A stretch of DNA of 64,000 nucleotides from NCBI RefSeq assembly GCF_009914755.1, contig NC_060932.1. One strand, given 5' to 3'. The translations under genes were made by a program, and so were the position numbers. Source of the DNA: the human T2T-CHM13v2.0 reference genome, Homo sapiens. The notes beneath the pieces are model-generated. The model worked only from the letters and a program-made list of their open reading frames with translations. It did not search any database and was not told the DNA's origin. Below are positions 13,134 through 27,870 of this stretch, piece after piece (within the stretch, counting starts at the first letter, position 1; every line of letters begins with the position of its first letter).

Positions 13134-15629
13134 ATTAATTATCTTATTCGTGGAATCAATATATGGTATTTTTAGTCTGTCCCCAACATACTCTTCCAGT
13201 TTCCTCTTCCCACTACTCAATCCCTCACACTTTTACTCCAGACTATGAGATTTTGTGAACTGGGGCAGATGCTTTTTTGACTCTGTGTTGTTGCATTCAT
13301 TCCAATGTAATTGCCATCTTCAAGCCTTTCTTACTTCCCCAGATGGACGGGGTCTCTTCCGCCTTGCCACCCTCTGAGCATTTTGTGTATACTTATTTGA
13401 ATACTTCTGACAATTTTTAGTATGCATGTTGAAAGATAAGAACTAACACTATAGTACTTTTGTCTGTACCCTTGCTGCTTGCACACAGCTATTATTTGAT
13501 AAAACTTGATTAAATATAGTTTGATATATTTCCTTCCTTTTATTTGCTTATGGAGTGGTTTAGAGTTCCAGAGTTGTCCAGGGAGGACTTCTGTTACTAT
13601 TGCTTTTATATGACTTGGTGCCCTTGGTCAAGCATCATTTAACAAAGGATTTGTTATTTTGAGTTAGTCAGAATATTTAAGTTTTGTGTTGGCCAAGGCC
13701 CATGTCTTACAAAATAAACAAATAAAAAGCTCACTAACCCAATATTTTTGTGCATTTCATCAGGATTGAACAATCTATTTGATAAATGACAATTTATATC
13801 TTCACAATTTTTACACTAAAATCATCCCAGAGACCGGAACCTAAATAAGACAACTAAAAGCAATTATAGAACTTTCAGGAGCAAGTGTAAAGTCTCAGTT
13901 GAAATACTGTCTATTGATAAAAACATTAGCCAAGGTCAAATGCATGTCCTTTAAAACTGTCTTCTCATTTCATTACTGAGTGTTAAAATTAAGAGTCTGT
14001 GTCTGAATTCCTGATGTTAGTCATGAGTCATTCTATTTATAGATGTTAATGTAATTCTCAAAGAGTTGCCAACAAAGGAACAGGTGATGACCCCCTAGAG
14101 CAGTGTTACTGAAAATATTGTCAGTCCAATCAGTCACCTGGCATACTGGGCAGAAATGCAGTTACCTGGGGTCAGAGTCATACCTTTGGACTCTTTTGAC
14201 TCCCAGGATTCTGAGTAATTCTTAAAGAAAAGGAAGTTTGAAAGTTTGTATTTTTAGATTATGATCCATTGAATCTGATACCATGAAAGATATATTTAGT
14301 GTTTTCCCAATAGACCTAGATTAATACCCAAATTCCAATAGAGCTCTTGCTTCTGGACTGTACAATTCAATGCTGTTTAGTCACATAATTCAAAAACTTT
14401 AAAAAATATTTTCTATAACATTTTTATAACTAGTTTTTCACTATTAAATTCTGTAAACTTAATGACATTTCACTTCAATCTATACAGGAAGTTAATAACT
14501 TTTCCTTTGAATAGATAGAAGAAAGAAATAAAAAGAGATCATTTTGTATTGTATGCTTTCCAGCGGAAATGATCTATGATATAGAATTAAATAAAAAACT
14601 TTTTAAAACAATTCTGAGTCACTGCAAGCACTCAGAGAGATGTGAGTCATCATAGGTCACCCAGAGGATGAAGATATAGCTGGGAACAGAACGAAGATAC
14701 TGTCTTTCTGTCCCTTACCCACTTGCCTGCTTCCTCCAACAATTCAAATTCATTCATTGAGTCATATGACCGTCTCATAGTGTTGTTGTTTCCTGAATAG
14801 CTTTTTATTAAGGATTTTCTGGGCTTCTAGTATACTCCGCAGAAGCAGAATTAACATTATTTATCTTAAAAAAGCATTGGATTATTTACGAAATAAAAAC
14901 AAAACTTGAAAAAATGATCAAATAATGGATTTTGATACATCTAGCACCATTGCCTTGTTTTATTTTTATTGATAAAATAAGTATGTTGGAAGTTATTTAA
15001 TGCCATCAATGTAATTTGAAGAAGAAACAAATGGAATCTATCTTGATGAGCAACTATTGTGGGTTTTTTTTCTCCACACCATGATTTCACCTACATGTTT
15101 TCTTTGCAGCTTGCATAATCTATAGAATATCCATCCATGATAACATAACAATACATTGGCAGCTATTTGATTACCTTTTGAGCGTTGTTAATCCCTCTGC
15201 CCAGCTCTTCTTTGAACTGGTCATGAAATGAAACATTAAGTCCCATGTCAACCAAAGGAATGATAGATGGATGGAGACTCAGGAATCCAGGAGACCAAAT
15301 AAAGAAACATGTGTGTGCATGTGTTTGTGTGTGTTGTATGTGTGTGTGTTCTTTCTGAAAATTCCAGTTGCATTTATTATATGCATTGTACATAATAACA
15401 CATCATCAAATTGACCTTTAATTAAGTGGCTAAGCCATCTGAGTGGCATTATTGTTTAGACAGTTCTCATCAAAATTTTTAGTAGTTCTCCATTTCTTGA
15501 GCTAGAATTTATTAGTTGAATGCCTACTTATCTATTAAAGACATTTGATAAATACCTCCAATGTGCCAGTCAGTGTGCCAATCACTGTGCTAGGTACTGG
15601 GATTCACTGGTGTGCACAATAATTACTTT

Positions 15630-15928
15630 GGATTAGGTCACCTTTTATTAAAAGATTAATGCTGTTGTCCCAGAAGTGGGTTAGTTAGTTGTCTTGGGAT
15701 AGGTTTCTGATAAAAAGATGATTTTGGTCCCTTTCCCTGCGCTCTCTAATGTTTTCTTTACATTCTACCTTCTGTCATGGGATGATGCAGCAGGAAGGTC
15801 CTCACAAGTTGCTGGCACCTTGATATTGGACTTTCTAGTCTCCAGAACTTTGAGAAATAAATGTATTTCCTCTTTAAATTACCCAGACTGTGTTATTCTC
15901 TTATAGCAGCAAAAGCCAGACTAAGACA
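15630..15928 (+). mobile_element. MaLR 5' LTR (MSTC-like), 5' part missing
   Basis: Homologous to 17665-17960; AATAAA and terminal agactaagaca, followed directly by the internal start gaaaattggtacc. Confidence 0.85.
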
Positions 15929-17575
15929 GAAAATTGGTACCAAGAGGTGGGGCTGTGCCATCATAACTACCTGAAAATGTGGAGGCACCTTTGGAACTGT
16001 GTGACAAATAGAGGCTGGAAGAATTCAGAGGAGCAGGCTAGAAAAGGCTAGATTACTGTAAATGGAGCATTAAGGACAATTCTGATGAAGGCATAGAAGA
16101 CAGGAGCTATAGGGAAACCTAAAATCTTCTTAGGGATTATTTAAGTGGTTGGTCTCAGAATGTTGGTAGAAATATAGACAGTAAATGCCATTCTGATGAG
16201 CTCCCAATTAGAAATGTAGAATAAGGTATTGGGAACTGAAGGAAAGGCCATCCTTCTTACAAAATGGCAAAGAAGTTGGCTGAATTGTGTCCGTGCCTGA
16301 GGACTATATGGAAGACAGAATTGAAGAGCAATAAACTAGGATATCTGGTGGAAGAAAATTTTTAAGTAAAATTTTGACAGAGCTGTGTAGCTGCTTTTAA
16401 CTAGTTATAGTAAAATGCGAGTGGAGAGAAATGATTTAAAGACTGAGTTTATAGCTAAAAAATAAGAACAGAAAAATTTGGAAAACTCTCAGCCTGGCTG
16501 CATAAAGAATAAAAAAGCATGTTCAGGAGAGAATTCTAAGGGTCTGACCAAGCAACTGATCACTAAAGAGATTAATATGGATAGAAGGAAGCCAAGTTCT
16601 ATTTATCAAGATAATGAGTGAATGACCCCAAAGGCATTTCAAAGATTTTTGAGGCAAGCTAGGAACTTGAGGGCCAGATTTCCAGAGAGGTTCCCTTAAA
16701 AGCTCAATATTTGCTGCCCAGGTCTGCCATGGGACTCTGCTCCCTGCATTCTGGTGCAGTGCTCTTTGGCTGCCCCAACTGTGGCTCAGTTGGGCCTAGA
16801 TGTGGCTCAACCTGCTGCTCTGGAAGGTACAAGCTGTAAACCCTGGTGGGTGTCCACATGGTGCTAATTCTACAGACATGCAGATTACAAGAGCTGTGGA
16901 AGTTTGGCTCCCTCCACCAAGATTTCAAGGACTGTTGTGGATAGCCTAGTGGCCCAGGAAGAGATTTCTCACAGGAGTAGAGTTACTGCAGAGAGCCCCC
17001 ATTAAAGCAATACCTAGTGGAGCCATGAGAGTGGGGCCACTTCCAAGATCTCAGAACTGTAGAGCTACCAGCTTGCAGCATCAGCCTGGGAGAACTGGAG
17101 GCATGAGACTCTAACCTAGGAGAGCTGCTGGGTGGACTGAGCCCAGCAGTCCCACAGGGGTGGGACTGCCTGAGGCCTTAGGAGCCCAATGCCTGCCTCA
17201 GTATGCCCAGGTTAATTCTGGAACTATGAGGCAATGTTGTTTTCCCTATTAGGTTTTGGACTTACTTGGGACTAGTTAGCCCTTTCTTCTTGCTTAGTCC
17301 TCCCTTTTAAAATGAGAATGTATACCCAATACCTGTCCTACCATTGTTTTTTGGAAGCATGTAATTTGCAGACTTCATAGGCTCATTGCTAGAGAGAAAT
17401 TTATCTAAGGATGAATTATGCCTTGAGTCTCAGCCATATCTGATTTAGATGAGACTCTGGACTTTGGGCTTTTGAGTTGATGCTGGAATGAGTTAAGACT
17501 TTTGGGACTGCTGGGATGGAATGAATGTATTTTGCACTGTTAGAAGGACATAAATTTGGTGAGCCTGGAGTAGAA
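15929..17575 (+). mobile_element. MaLR internal region (MST-int)
   Basis: gaaaattggtacc...cctgaaaatgtggaggcacctttggaactg...gagttgatgctggaatgagttaagacttttggg; ~1.65 kb between two LTRs. Confidence 0.85.
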
Positions 17576-17960
17576 TTCTGTGGTGTGAACATAGCCCCCA
17601 AAGTTCATGTGTTGGAAACTTAATCCCCAGTGCAACAGTGTTGGGAGATAGGGCCTAGTAAGAGGTGGTTATATCACCTCTTATTAAAGAATTAATGCTG
17701 TTATTGGGGAGTGGGCTAGTTATTGCGTTATTGGGTGCCTGATGAAAGGGTAAGTTTGGCCCCCTTCCCTGCCCTCTCTTATGTTTTCTTCCCCTTCTGC
17801 CTTCTGCCGTGGTATGACACAGCAAGAAGGCCCTCATAAGATGCTGGCACTGTGATTATTGGACTTCCCAGCCTCCAGAACTGTGAGGAATAAATTTATT
17901 TTTTTATTAAATATCCAGTCTGTATTTTTCCATTATAGCAATACAAAGCAGACAAAGACA
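17576..17960 (+). mobile_element. MaLR 3' LTR (MSTC-like)
   Basis: cccccaaagttcatgtgttggaaacttaatccccag...ggacttcccagcctccagaactgtgaggaataaa...agacaaagaca. Confidence 0.88.
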
Positions 17961-19454
17961 AGCGCATTACCTATACATAAAGCCAGCATACTCTTATCTG
18001 AAAAAAAAAATAATTACTTCCTTCTAACTATCTAGCTTCTAGCACAGGTTAGGAAAAATCTTCTTTATTCCTGTCCCCATCTACAATAAGCTAACCATTA
18101 TCTGTTCTATGCAGGAGCTCTTCATTAGAAGGAAGGCAGTCCTAAATCTTGAAAAGCCCAGGACATAGCATATCTGTTGTTCCTTTTGCTTAATATGTCT
18201 GTCATGATATAGCCTCATTTATAAATTTCTTGTGTTTCCTATTGCATCAGCTGCCACACTGTGTACTTATTCACTAATTTCGTAAAAGACACTCCTTATA
18301 CTAAAGGCTGTCAGAAAGATGATACATGGTTAACTCTCATTTTTCATCAGGTGCCACAAGCCAGCACATGTTACAATCAAGGGAAGATGGAGCATCCATA
18401 CGTTTCTCTTCCTCTGGCTATAGAGTTGACTGTTGACTGTCAACTCCTCACAGTCACTTATTCATTAATTCATTTACTTGTTTTAAAATAAAATGTTTTT
18501 TGAGTGCCTGCTTTGTGGAAGCACTGTGCTAGGTACAAGAGATGCAATAGTTGACAAGGCAGGGATGGTCCTAGCCTTAGGAATTTCAGTTTGTCACTTG
18601 CTACTCACGTTAAATTTACTTTTAACACCATTGCTCTCAATCACTGACTTCTAAGTTGACAGTTACCCAAAGAATAGATCACTGAGAATCTCTTTACACC
18701 TAGAAATATCTGTAAAGACTTACATTACACCATCGGAGTCTGCCCTATCCTTTAAAAGCTGCCTTTGTCAGTTTCCATGCACAGGATTAAGTGCCTTCAT
18801 CTTTTTATATATGAGAAACATGACTCGCAATCTTATATTCTGCTTCCAATTATCTGAGGACTGCACAGAAGACAATGATGTGGATTCTAATGAGACACAA
18901 AGACCTGTGTTCTACTTCCTACTATTCCATTGCTTGGTACTTTGAAAGTATTTGCACCAAGTAAAGTGATGCCTTGGTTTCAGAAGCAGCTCTAATGGTG
19001 GCTAGGGGCTTAAAAGTCTCTAAAAGTGGCTGTGCCTCATGCCTGGGCAAAACCAGGTTCACTGCTGGTGAAACAATTTGTAGAATATTGTCATTTTATA
19101 AAAGTAAGTTAATAAGCATTCATCTGATGGTATGTTTCAAAAATTCTGGGCATGTTCTCCTTAACATGTCTCGTTAAGGAAAAGACTTTCTGTAAGGCAA
19201 AATCGTTCCCTGTACTGAGAATGTACTAGCCATGTACACTGGTCTAAGACAGATGACTGATGGATGAGCCAAAATCATAGACTAATATGAAAAGGATGTT
19301 TTACAGCTATTTATATACATATGTAATTACGTATAATTGGATGATATATTTCTATATTAGAAGTTATATATAAAGTGCAAGTAAGTTAATGGGCACGTGT
19401 ATATTAAATTAAAATCTATATTAGTTATATATTTTATATTTATATATTTAAGAC

Positions 19455-20135
<681 letters not shown>

Positions 20136-21164
20136 CTGATTCTCAGTTTCTTTATTTGTAAATTGACAATAATATTACCTGTCTTGTCACCTGCAGATTG
20201 TTTTGCAGATCGGAACAGATAATATGCGCAGTGTCACAAAAATATAAGGAATGAGTGTTTCTATTGCACCAAAGGAAATTACTCATTAATGAGTGTGAAT
20301 CAGATGTGACTAATACCACAGGTTATTCATTATCATCTATAAGAAACATTCAAATTAAAACACCTAAAGATACAACATGAACTTGCATTTTTGAAACTAT
20401 GTTTAGAGAAAAGGATCCTGACTCACTTTAAAGGGACTTGGATTACTAGTGAATTTATTTCCATTTTGTGTTTAATTTTAGTCATTTGTATTAATGTCTT
20501 CTTTTTCTAATATGTTTAAGATGATGGGTGACCTTACAGACTGGTTTTTGTTGGTTTATTGGTCTGTTGGTCTGTTTTGTATGTCTTACATTAAAGAAAT
20601 TATGGAAAAGGATAATAATCTGTCCCAGAAAATCCTACCTCTGCAAATAATATAGCAGAATTAAAACCATTTAGAGAACTTAAGTTAGATTTCCCAGATT
20701 TATGTATTCACATTCCTATAATAGTTTTTATTAAACTTTAAAAGTTACAAGGTTTACCTGATTGTTATGCTTCAGGCAGCGCACAGATGTATACATGAGA
20801 TATTATGTTGTTCCTCTTAATTGCTCTTTCTGCATTGAATATGTTAGTTTGTTTTTTCACCTCTGTTTAAATCATTACCCATTCATATACTCTACAATTC
20901 CTGGGTGAACTTTGGGAAAACACTTTGCTTCTCTGAATGAATAGCAAATGCAACACAAGACCTTGGATAAGCTATTTAAAAGTCAAATAAGAGCCTCTGA
21001 AGAATGAATCAGTCAGCAGAAACATTATCATGGTGAAAACATTTCCTACTTTTCTCAGCATCATCATTTATTTTGTTTTCCTAAAACTAATTAATATATT
21101 CAAAAGTCAACAAAATTTTACTTATTAATAATGTGCAATAAACAGAAACATTTGCCAGAAAGCA

Positions 21165-22840
21165 CTGCATCAGGAGTTAGAAGACTTGGTTCTGATAGTT
21201 GCTAATTTTGTGACCTTGGGAGATGCATTCACTTCCCTGAACCACATTTTTTCTCATGTGTTCAAGAGAACAAATAATGATCAACCCACCATATCTTGAG
21301 GAAGGATCAGTGGGGACAATATAGATAAGTACACTTAAATTATTTCTGTAGTTCAGTAATAGTAAGTGAAACCACCTACATTCTTTCCAATAATAATAAT
21401 ACCTAACATTTTTATAATTCTTTATTACACCTCATTGTTTATTATTTCCATTTTATAGGTGAGAGATCTGAGGTTCAGAGGGTTTAAAATGATCTATCAA
21501 TACCAGTAAATGGTTGACCCATAAGTCACCTCCACTCTTTTGAGTGAATACCTGTTTCCCTAAGCCCATATTTTATACACTTTGGAGAAACAGAACAGCA
21601 AGCCAAGGAGAACACAGAAAAAATTATGGGGAGAGAGGCTGGTTGTCAGCCTTAATAAAGCTCGATGCTCTCCTTACTTAAATGACTGTTTCATGTGACC
21701 TTCAACTACAATAGTATTCTAAGTGGAGTTAGGAAGAGATTTAATGGGAGGGGGGTTTATTGAATCCATTTTCAATGTAATGCATAAACATTTAGTTTTT
21801 CTCTGTTAAGTCAGGTATCAATCGAAGGCAGTATTTCTCAACATGTTAATAATTGTGCATGCCTCTCAAATAAGAAGAGTTCTTAGACATGTTTTTCATA
21901 ATCTCCCCTTAATAAAATGTTAATAACACAAATATACTTCATGTCTGTTTATGTTCTTTGGCCCTTTGGAGTTCCAGAATCATTATGCTAAGATTTTTTC
22001 ACCCCAAGACCTAATTTTGTATGATGAGAATACATGATGGAAGGCTGAGCAATGTATCTCTGCTTAGAGAAGTGGCATAGATGTTGGGAGCACAGCGAGG
22101 CTGTATCAGTCTGTCTTGATTCAAATCCTAGTTTAGCCACTTACCTGCTGTGTAACCTTGCTAAATTACATATCTGATCTTTGTCTAAACGAGCCTATCC
22201 GTGAAGTAGGGATTGTAAGAGCAGCAGCATCATATTGTTACTCATGTAAAGTGCTTAGGACAACACTGGCATTTAGGAAGAGCTCAATAAATGCTTTTTT
22301 GCTATATTATGGAATCCTGATTTAGAAATAGGAAAACCTGAGCTCTAAGCCTGACTTATCTGTGTAGCACAGAGTCAATTATTGCTCAGAGCCTCAGTTT
22401 CTTCATAGATACATAACTGATTTCACTCAAAACTACAGATCGTTCCAATTGCAGAATGTAGTTATAGGGTCTCATCTATTTATCTCTACAGTTAAGTGAA
22501 CTTACCTATTTTTTTCTGTTACTTATTTATTAATTTTATTTTAGCCTACGAATTTCTAAAAATCTCTGATTATATTCTCATAGTTTTGTCTTATTGTAGC
22601 CTAGTGACCTGAACCCAGAATCTTCATAGAAAGGTACTGTATTCCACAAATATTTCCTTTGGAATAATAATAGCAGTTAATGCTTTAAAAACATTTTCAA
22701 GCCCAATATTGCACTAATCCTCAAAACATCTTGTGATGGAGATATTTTTATTCTTATTTTGTGATGAGAAAACTGATACCATAGTTAATGGAGTGAAGTC
22801 AAGCTATGAGGAAGGAAATCCAAGTTGTCTATTCCTAGAC
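21165..22840. mobile_element. Cluster of MIR fragments (~21165-21340 +, 21400-21520 -, 22070-22300 +, 22320-22415 +, 22670-22840 -)
   Basis: Recurrent MIR motifs: gtgaccttggg, ttcaaatcctag...ccacttacctgctgtgtaaccttg, gagcctcagtttcttcat. Boundaries approximate. Confidence 0.6.
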
Positions 22841-23357
22841 CAAAAATATTAATTAATTAGATATGTGCATCTGTGAGAAGAGGCTTATTGCCCCCGTGAC
22901 AATTTTTTGGCATTAAAAAATGCAAAAATTGAAACAAAGACATAAAGAAGAAACTATTCATTTCCTGACTTCTATTATGGTATTTTTTTTTCTCTTCCTC
23001 CTTGAGTGCAGGAGCTTTCGACGTGACAAATGTCAGCCTATCGCAGCTATCCTTAGGAGATATCCCCAGGTTGCTTGGCACTAGTGCAGTAGAAGTAGCA
23101 GTGAGACAGACTCTTGGCAGTCAGTCCATCTGCCTTTTCTGTTATTGACTTCATAGTTGTTGAGTGGCAGGTCTTACTTATCCTGTAGCTGGAAGAAATA
23201 TTTTTTTAAAAACATTCATTTATTTGATGAGTATTTATTGAGCACGAAGCATATCTCGGGCTTCATTACACAATAACCATGGACTGTCATCTCTTATCTG
23301 TTCCTTGTTCTGTATCACTGAGGATGGGCCTCTTCTCTGCTGTCACTACATTTATAC

Positions 23358-24215
23358 TCATTCATTCATTCAATGAGCATTTATTGAGTAGTTACTATAT
23401 GCTAGGTACTAGGGATAAAGTAGTAAGGAAAACAGTTTGATCAAAGTTCCTGCCCTCATTCCAGGAGGAAAGGGGAGATAAGCAAGGTACCTTAATATAT
23501 AGAGTATGTTAAATAATTTTCAGTATTAAGGAGAAAAATAAAAAATGGAAGGGGGATGTAAAATGTTGGGTGGGGTGACATTTTAAATGATTGGCCATGG
23601 AAAGCCTCAATGTGAAGGTGATTTGGGATCGATACTGGAAGGAAGTGAGGGAGTTAGCTGTGGATGTCTGCGAGATGAGCATTCCCAGTGGAAGGAAAGT
23701 AGGTACAAAGGCCTGAAGTGGGGGCATGCCTGATGTGCTTGAAGGACAATGTGATTAAAGTGGTGTTATCAAGGTGGCAGGAGGGGTGGAGGAGTAATAG
23801 GAGTTGAGTTCAGAGAGGCAATAAGAGGTCAAACCATGTACAGCCTTGTAGTTCATTGCAGAGACTTTCGCTTTAACACTGATTGATATGGGAAGCGACT
23901 AGAGGTACTGAACAGAAGAGTGATGTGATCAGATTCACATGTTAACATGATCATTTTAGATGCAGTTTTAAGAGTAGACTAAGGCAAAGCAGAGAGACCA
24001 GGTAAGAGATGCTGTTGACTTGGGCTAGAGTAATGGTAGTGGGAGGATGAGAAGTCGTCAAATTATTGATAAATTTTGAAAGTATACCCTGCAAGATTTG
24101 ATGAGGGACCAGTTGTGGAGTGTAAGAAAAAGAGAAAGAACAGGAATGATACCAGGGTTTTTGTTTTCAGTAACTAGAAGACTAGAGCTGTCATTAGCAA
24201 TATGAGAAACATCAT
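23358..24215 (-). mobile_element. L2 (L2a-like) 3' region
   Basis: (CATT)n tail, catttattgagtagttactatatgctaggtac, then purine-rich L2 antisense body. Confidence 0.75.
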
Positions 24216-26559
24216 GACCTGTCAACATCCTTTCTCTTATATCACTAGATTTAGAGTGGATAACTTCACCAATTTGAACATAATGGCAGGATACTATTAT
24301 AGTACTTTATCCAAGAGAGAATTCTGAGATTGGTTTCTATTCTTGAGTATTCCATGAACTAGCCGTATGATGTATGATTCAACCACTTACTGTAAGTCTC
24401 AAATTTATTCATTTGCAAATGAGACTGACTCAGACATTATCTTCTCTAAGAAGCCTTCTTTAATATCATTGTCCAAAGAGTATTCATCAATGTCTCTACT
24501 GACCTACTTCTATACCTTGTATAAACTTCTAATAGTCCACATATTTTGTGCTTGATATATCTGTTTTCCTTACTATACCATTTGGTCCTCAATTGAGTCT
24601 TATAAGTTTTTGCATCCTGTGTACAGCAACACATGATAGACACTTAAAATCTTACTTTAGATGATTTCTGAATTTAATGAAAAGATGAACATTTGTCATT
24701 GTTTCATGAAATTCAGTGTTCATAGTATAATTTTAGAAAATATTATAGAAGTAGGAAGGAAATATTAATATTATTGTTTTGAAATATGGATTATACCACC
24801 CAGAGTCACTTTTTTTGTGGGGAGAGTGTGGCAGACAAGAGGGACTTCTTTTTCAATGCCAATTCTTTTATCCCTAATAGTTTACATTAAACTAGTGTAG
24901 TTTGATCATGCTCGTGATTATTCTTCAGAAGTTAAACCTTTAACTTAGAAATCACATGGTTATCTTTGGATTTTTTTGCTCTCAATTCAAAAATTTACGT
25001 CTTATAAACTTAATTTATAAGAATGTAATGTATTTCCAATCCAGTTTACATTTATTGACTTCCCCCCCAGAAGAAATACATTTTTATAATAAGTATAAAT
25101 GTAGAAATAGAATAATGATGAAAGGCTCAAGGCCTGCCACTAAGAAAATCTACAGTTTGCATCATGTAATTTAGTTATACTGGAAAACACATACCACAGT
25201 GTTGCGTCATGGAAGAGCCTCAACAGATGTCATTTTTCTGTATACAGACAATATCCTCATAATGGATATTGAATACATGTAAATATATGCAAAATACAAC
25301 CCTGATTAAGCATATTAAAATATAACTTATACTATTGATGGCTAATAGATATTTTTATTTGATATTGTACAGCTGATAAATGATGATACTTATTGATTAC
25401 TTACAACATACCTGATATAGTACTTGGTATTTCATATTTGCATCTTTATTCCACAACACTATAAACTAAGGAGTATCCTTTCCAATTTTTAGTTAAAGAA
25501 AGTTGCTGCTAGTGATAATTTCAAGTTTTCAGCCCAAGTCTGTTCCCAAAGCCTGACATTTTTTTCACTTCCAAACTACCTTCCAGAGTATTTCATCCAC
25601 TGTTGAGAGATGAGATGACCAAGACGTCTCAAGGTCAGGTCACCAGCTGAAATCCACTTTTCACTTACTTCCTTCATTCTGTCTAGTTTAGCAAACAACA
25701 AGCAATTATTATCATGTTCATGAAGAGTGGGCTTTTTTGTACTAATATTTTCAGGGCTAGTCTTGGTGATGGAAGCTGTATTCTGTGACTATATTGACTG
25801 AACTTGAATACTTGCTAACAAATATAGTAGTGGGATTCATCGGGTCTCAAAGTTGCTTTTACCCTATTTGCAAGTTAGCCTGTCACTGCTTCATGGATGA
25901 CCACAAAGAGCTTTATTCCTGGTGGCTTGATAGGCAGCATGACCCTCAGCCTAAGTCCTTGCTTCTGGCCTCCATATCTCACAGGGATGATCTTGATGGA
26001 AGCTATACTTACAAAAGAATATTGAGCTTTAGAAATCCACTCATTTTATTGTAAGCAGTAAGCAAACCTGCTCTTTGTCTGGAAGGGTGACATTATCTCA
26101 TTAATCAAGATTGTTCCTGGCAAATACACTCTGAGAAGTGGCCAGGGAAAGAAAAGCCAAGGCCTTACTTACATGCTTTGCACTCCTAATGAGATGTGTA
26201 GGAGCACAAGACATCCATGGAGGATATCTCTCCCCACTGGATTCTTGTATTTCTGAACTTCAAGAATCTAATCTTTCTTAGAGACAATGTTGACAAATTA
26301 GTAAAACCATAATTTCAAGTATCCAAATTGTACCAATGGAAGATAGTAACGTTTTGCTAATTATTTCTTTGTGTTTAGATATTAATCCCAAATGGCCTGG
26401 GTGATTAAATTAGGTTAAAGTATGAGGGAAAAGTATGTTTAGAGCTAGAAAGAGAGTGACAGAGATGGAGATGGATGGATAAATTTTTGATCCATTAGTC
26501 TGTGGTGGTAATGATTATGGGAATGAGACAGGAAGACAGGAAGATAAGTAGCATTGTGT

Positions 26560-27255
26560 ATTTATTCATTCTTTATCTATTTAATGATAAATGTTTGTCC
26601 AACACCAGCCCCCATTCTAGGTCTTGGAGAGAACAGCCATGGACAAGACCAACAAGGTCTTCACCCTCAAGGAGCTTACATTTTAATGAGTATAGTAAGG
26701 AAACAAACATGCAAACAGTAAATAAGATCAGAAAGTGACAAGTGCTATGAAGAAAACTAAACAATTTTTGAGTTTACTTTAGTTACCATGTTCCCAGAAG
26801 ACTTCTCTGAGGTGCCAACATTTGAGCGAGTATGTGATTATTAGAAGATAGCTATACATATACTACATCCACACACACACACAAAAAACAACAACACTTC
26901 AGGATGAGTAAGTATTCTGGGCCAAAGGAATACATAGTCAAAGACTGTAAAGCAGAAGTAAGCTGGGTATGTTTGAAGGAGAACAAGTATGTCAACGTGG
27001 TGGAAAGAGAGTGAACAAGGGTAAGATTAAGAGACCATGGAGAAAAAATATTAGTCAAGGGGATGGTCAGGTAGTATCTTTGGGGAAGTCATGGTAAGGA
27101 ATTTTGTTTGTCACTGAAAGTTTTAAATTATGATGTGATATATTTGGATTTATGGTTAATATGGGCTACACTGGCTCCTTATGGCTTGGATTGTAGAACG
27201 GATTGCAGTTGGACAAGAAAGAACACAGAGAGTCTAATAATGTTTGCAGAACTTG
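26560..27255 (-). mobile_element. L2 fragment
   Basis: tttattcattc tail; ccctcaaggagcttacattttaatg...gacttctctgaggtg..catttgagc. Confidence 0.65.
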
Positions 27256-27595
27256 AGCCAAGAGAAAGTACATTTTAGGGATTACTTCGTCATGAGAGAC
27301 AAAAATATATTGAAGTTAGTTGAAACAGCAAAGAATTTATCGTAAGGAAGATAGCTCATGAAAATCAAGGGCAGAAAGGTAGTCAGTCGCCATAAGAAAC
27401 TGACTACATATTCCTTTTGCCTAGAATACTTACTCATCCTGAAGTGTTGTTGTGGTCATTGTTTGTTTGTGTGTTGTTGTTGTTGTTGTTGTGTGTGTGT
27501 GTAGTATATGTATAGCTATCTTCTAATAATTACATATTCATTCAAATGTTAACACCTCAGAGAAGTCTTCTGTGAACATGATAACCAAAGTCAAC
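26772..27595. repeat. Inverted duplication: arms 26772-26940 and 27401-27595, 460-bp spacer
   Basis: Reverse complement of arm 2 aligns to arm 1 with ~14 mismatches in ~148 bp outside a central CA/CAA microsatellite (hand count). Confidence 0.95.
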
Positions 27596-27870
27596 AGAAA
27601 GCTATCAGGAACCAAGGGATTCATTCGTATTCATACTCTCTTTCTCGTCCTCTTTCCCTCCCTCCCTTCTTGCCTATAGACTTTCTCTGCTTTGGTAATC
27701 TATGGCCAACCAGAAGTTCTTCAGCTCCACTTTACGTAATTTCCCAGTTTGAATGCATGAGAATGGTTACATATCTTCTCTGAATCTATGTTCAAATTTC
27801 ACTGAAGAAACTCTTCACTTGATTTGCCCTGGGCCATATGTCTACTTCTGATCCAATTGGTCAGAAATGA
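27275..27870 (-). mobile_element. Old MLT1-type LTR remnant, interrupted by the inverted copy at 27401-27595
   Basis: Motifs agcaaagaatttatcg and tgatttgccctgggccatatgtctacttctgatccaatt resemble MLT1J/L/M antisense; highly diverged. Confidence 0.45.
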
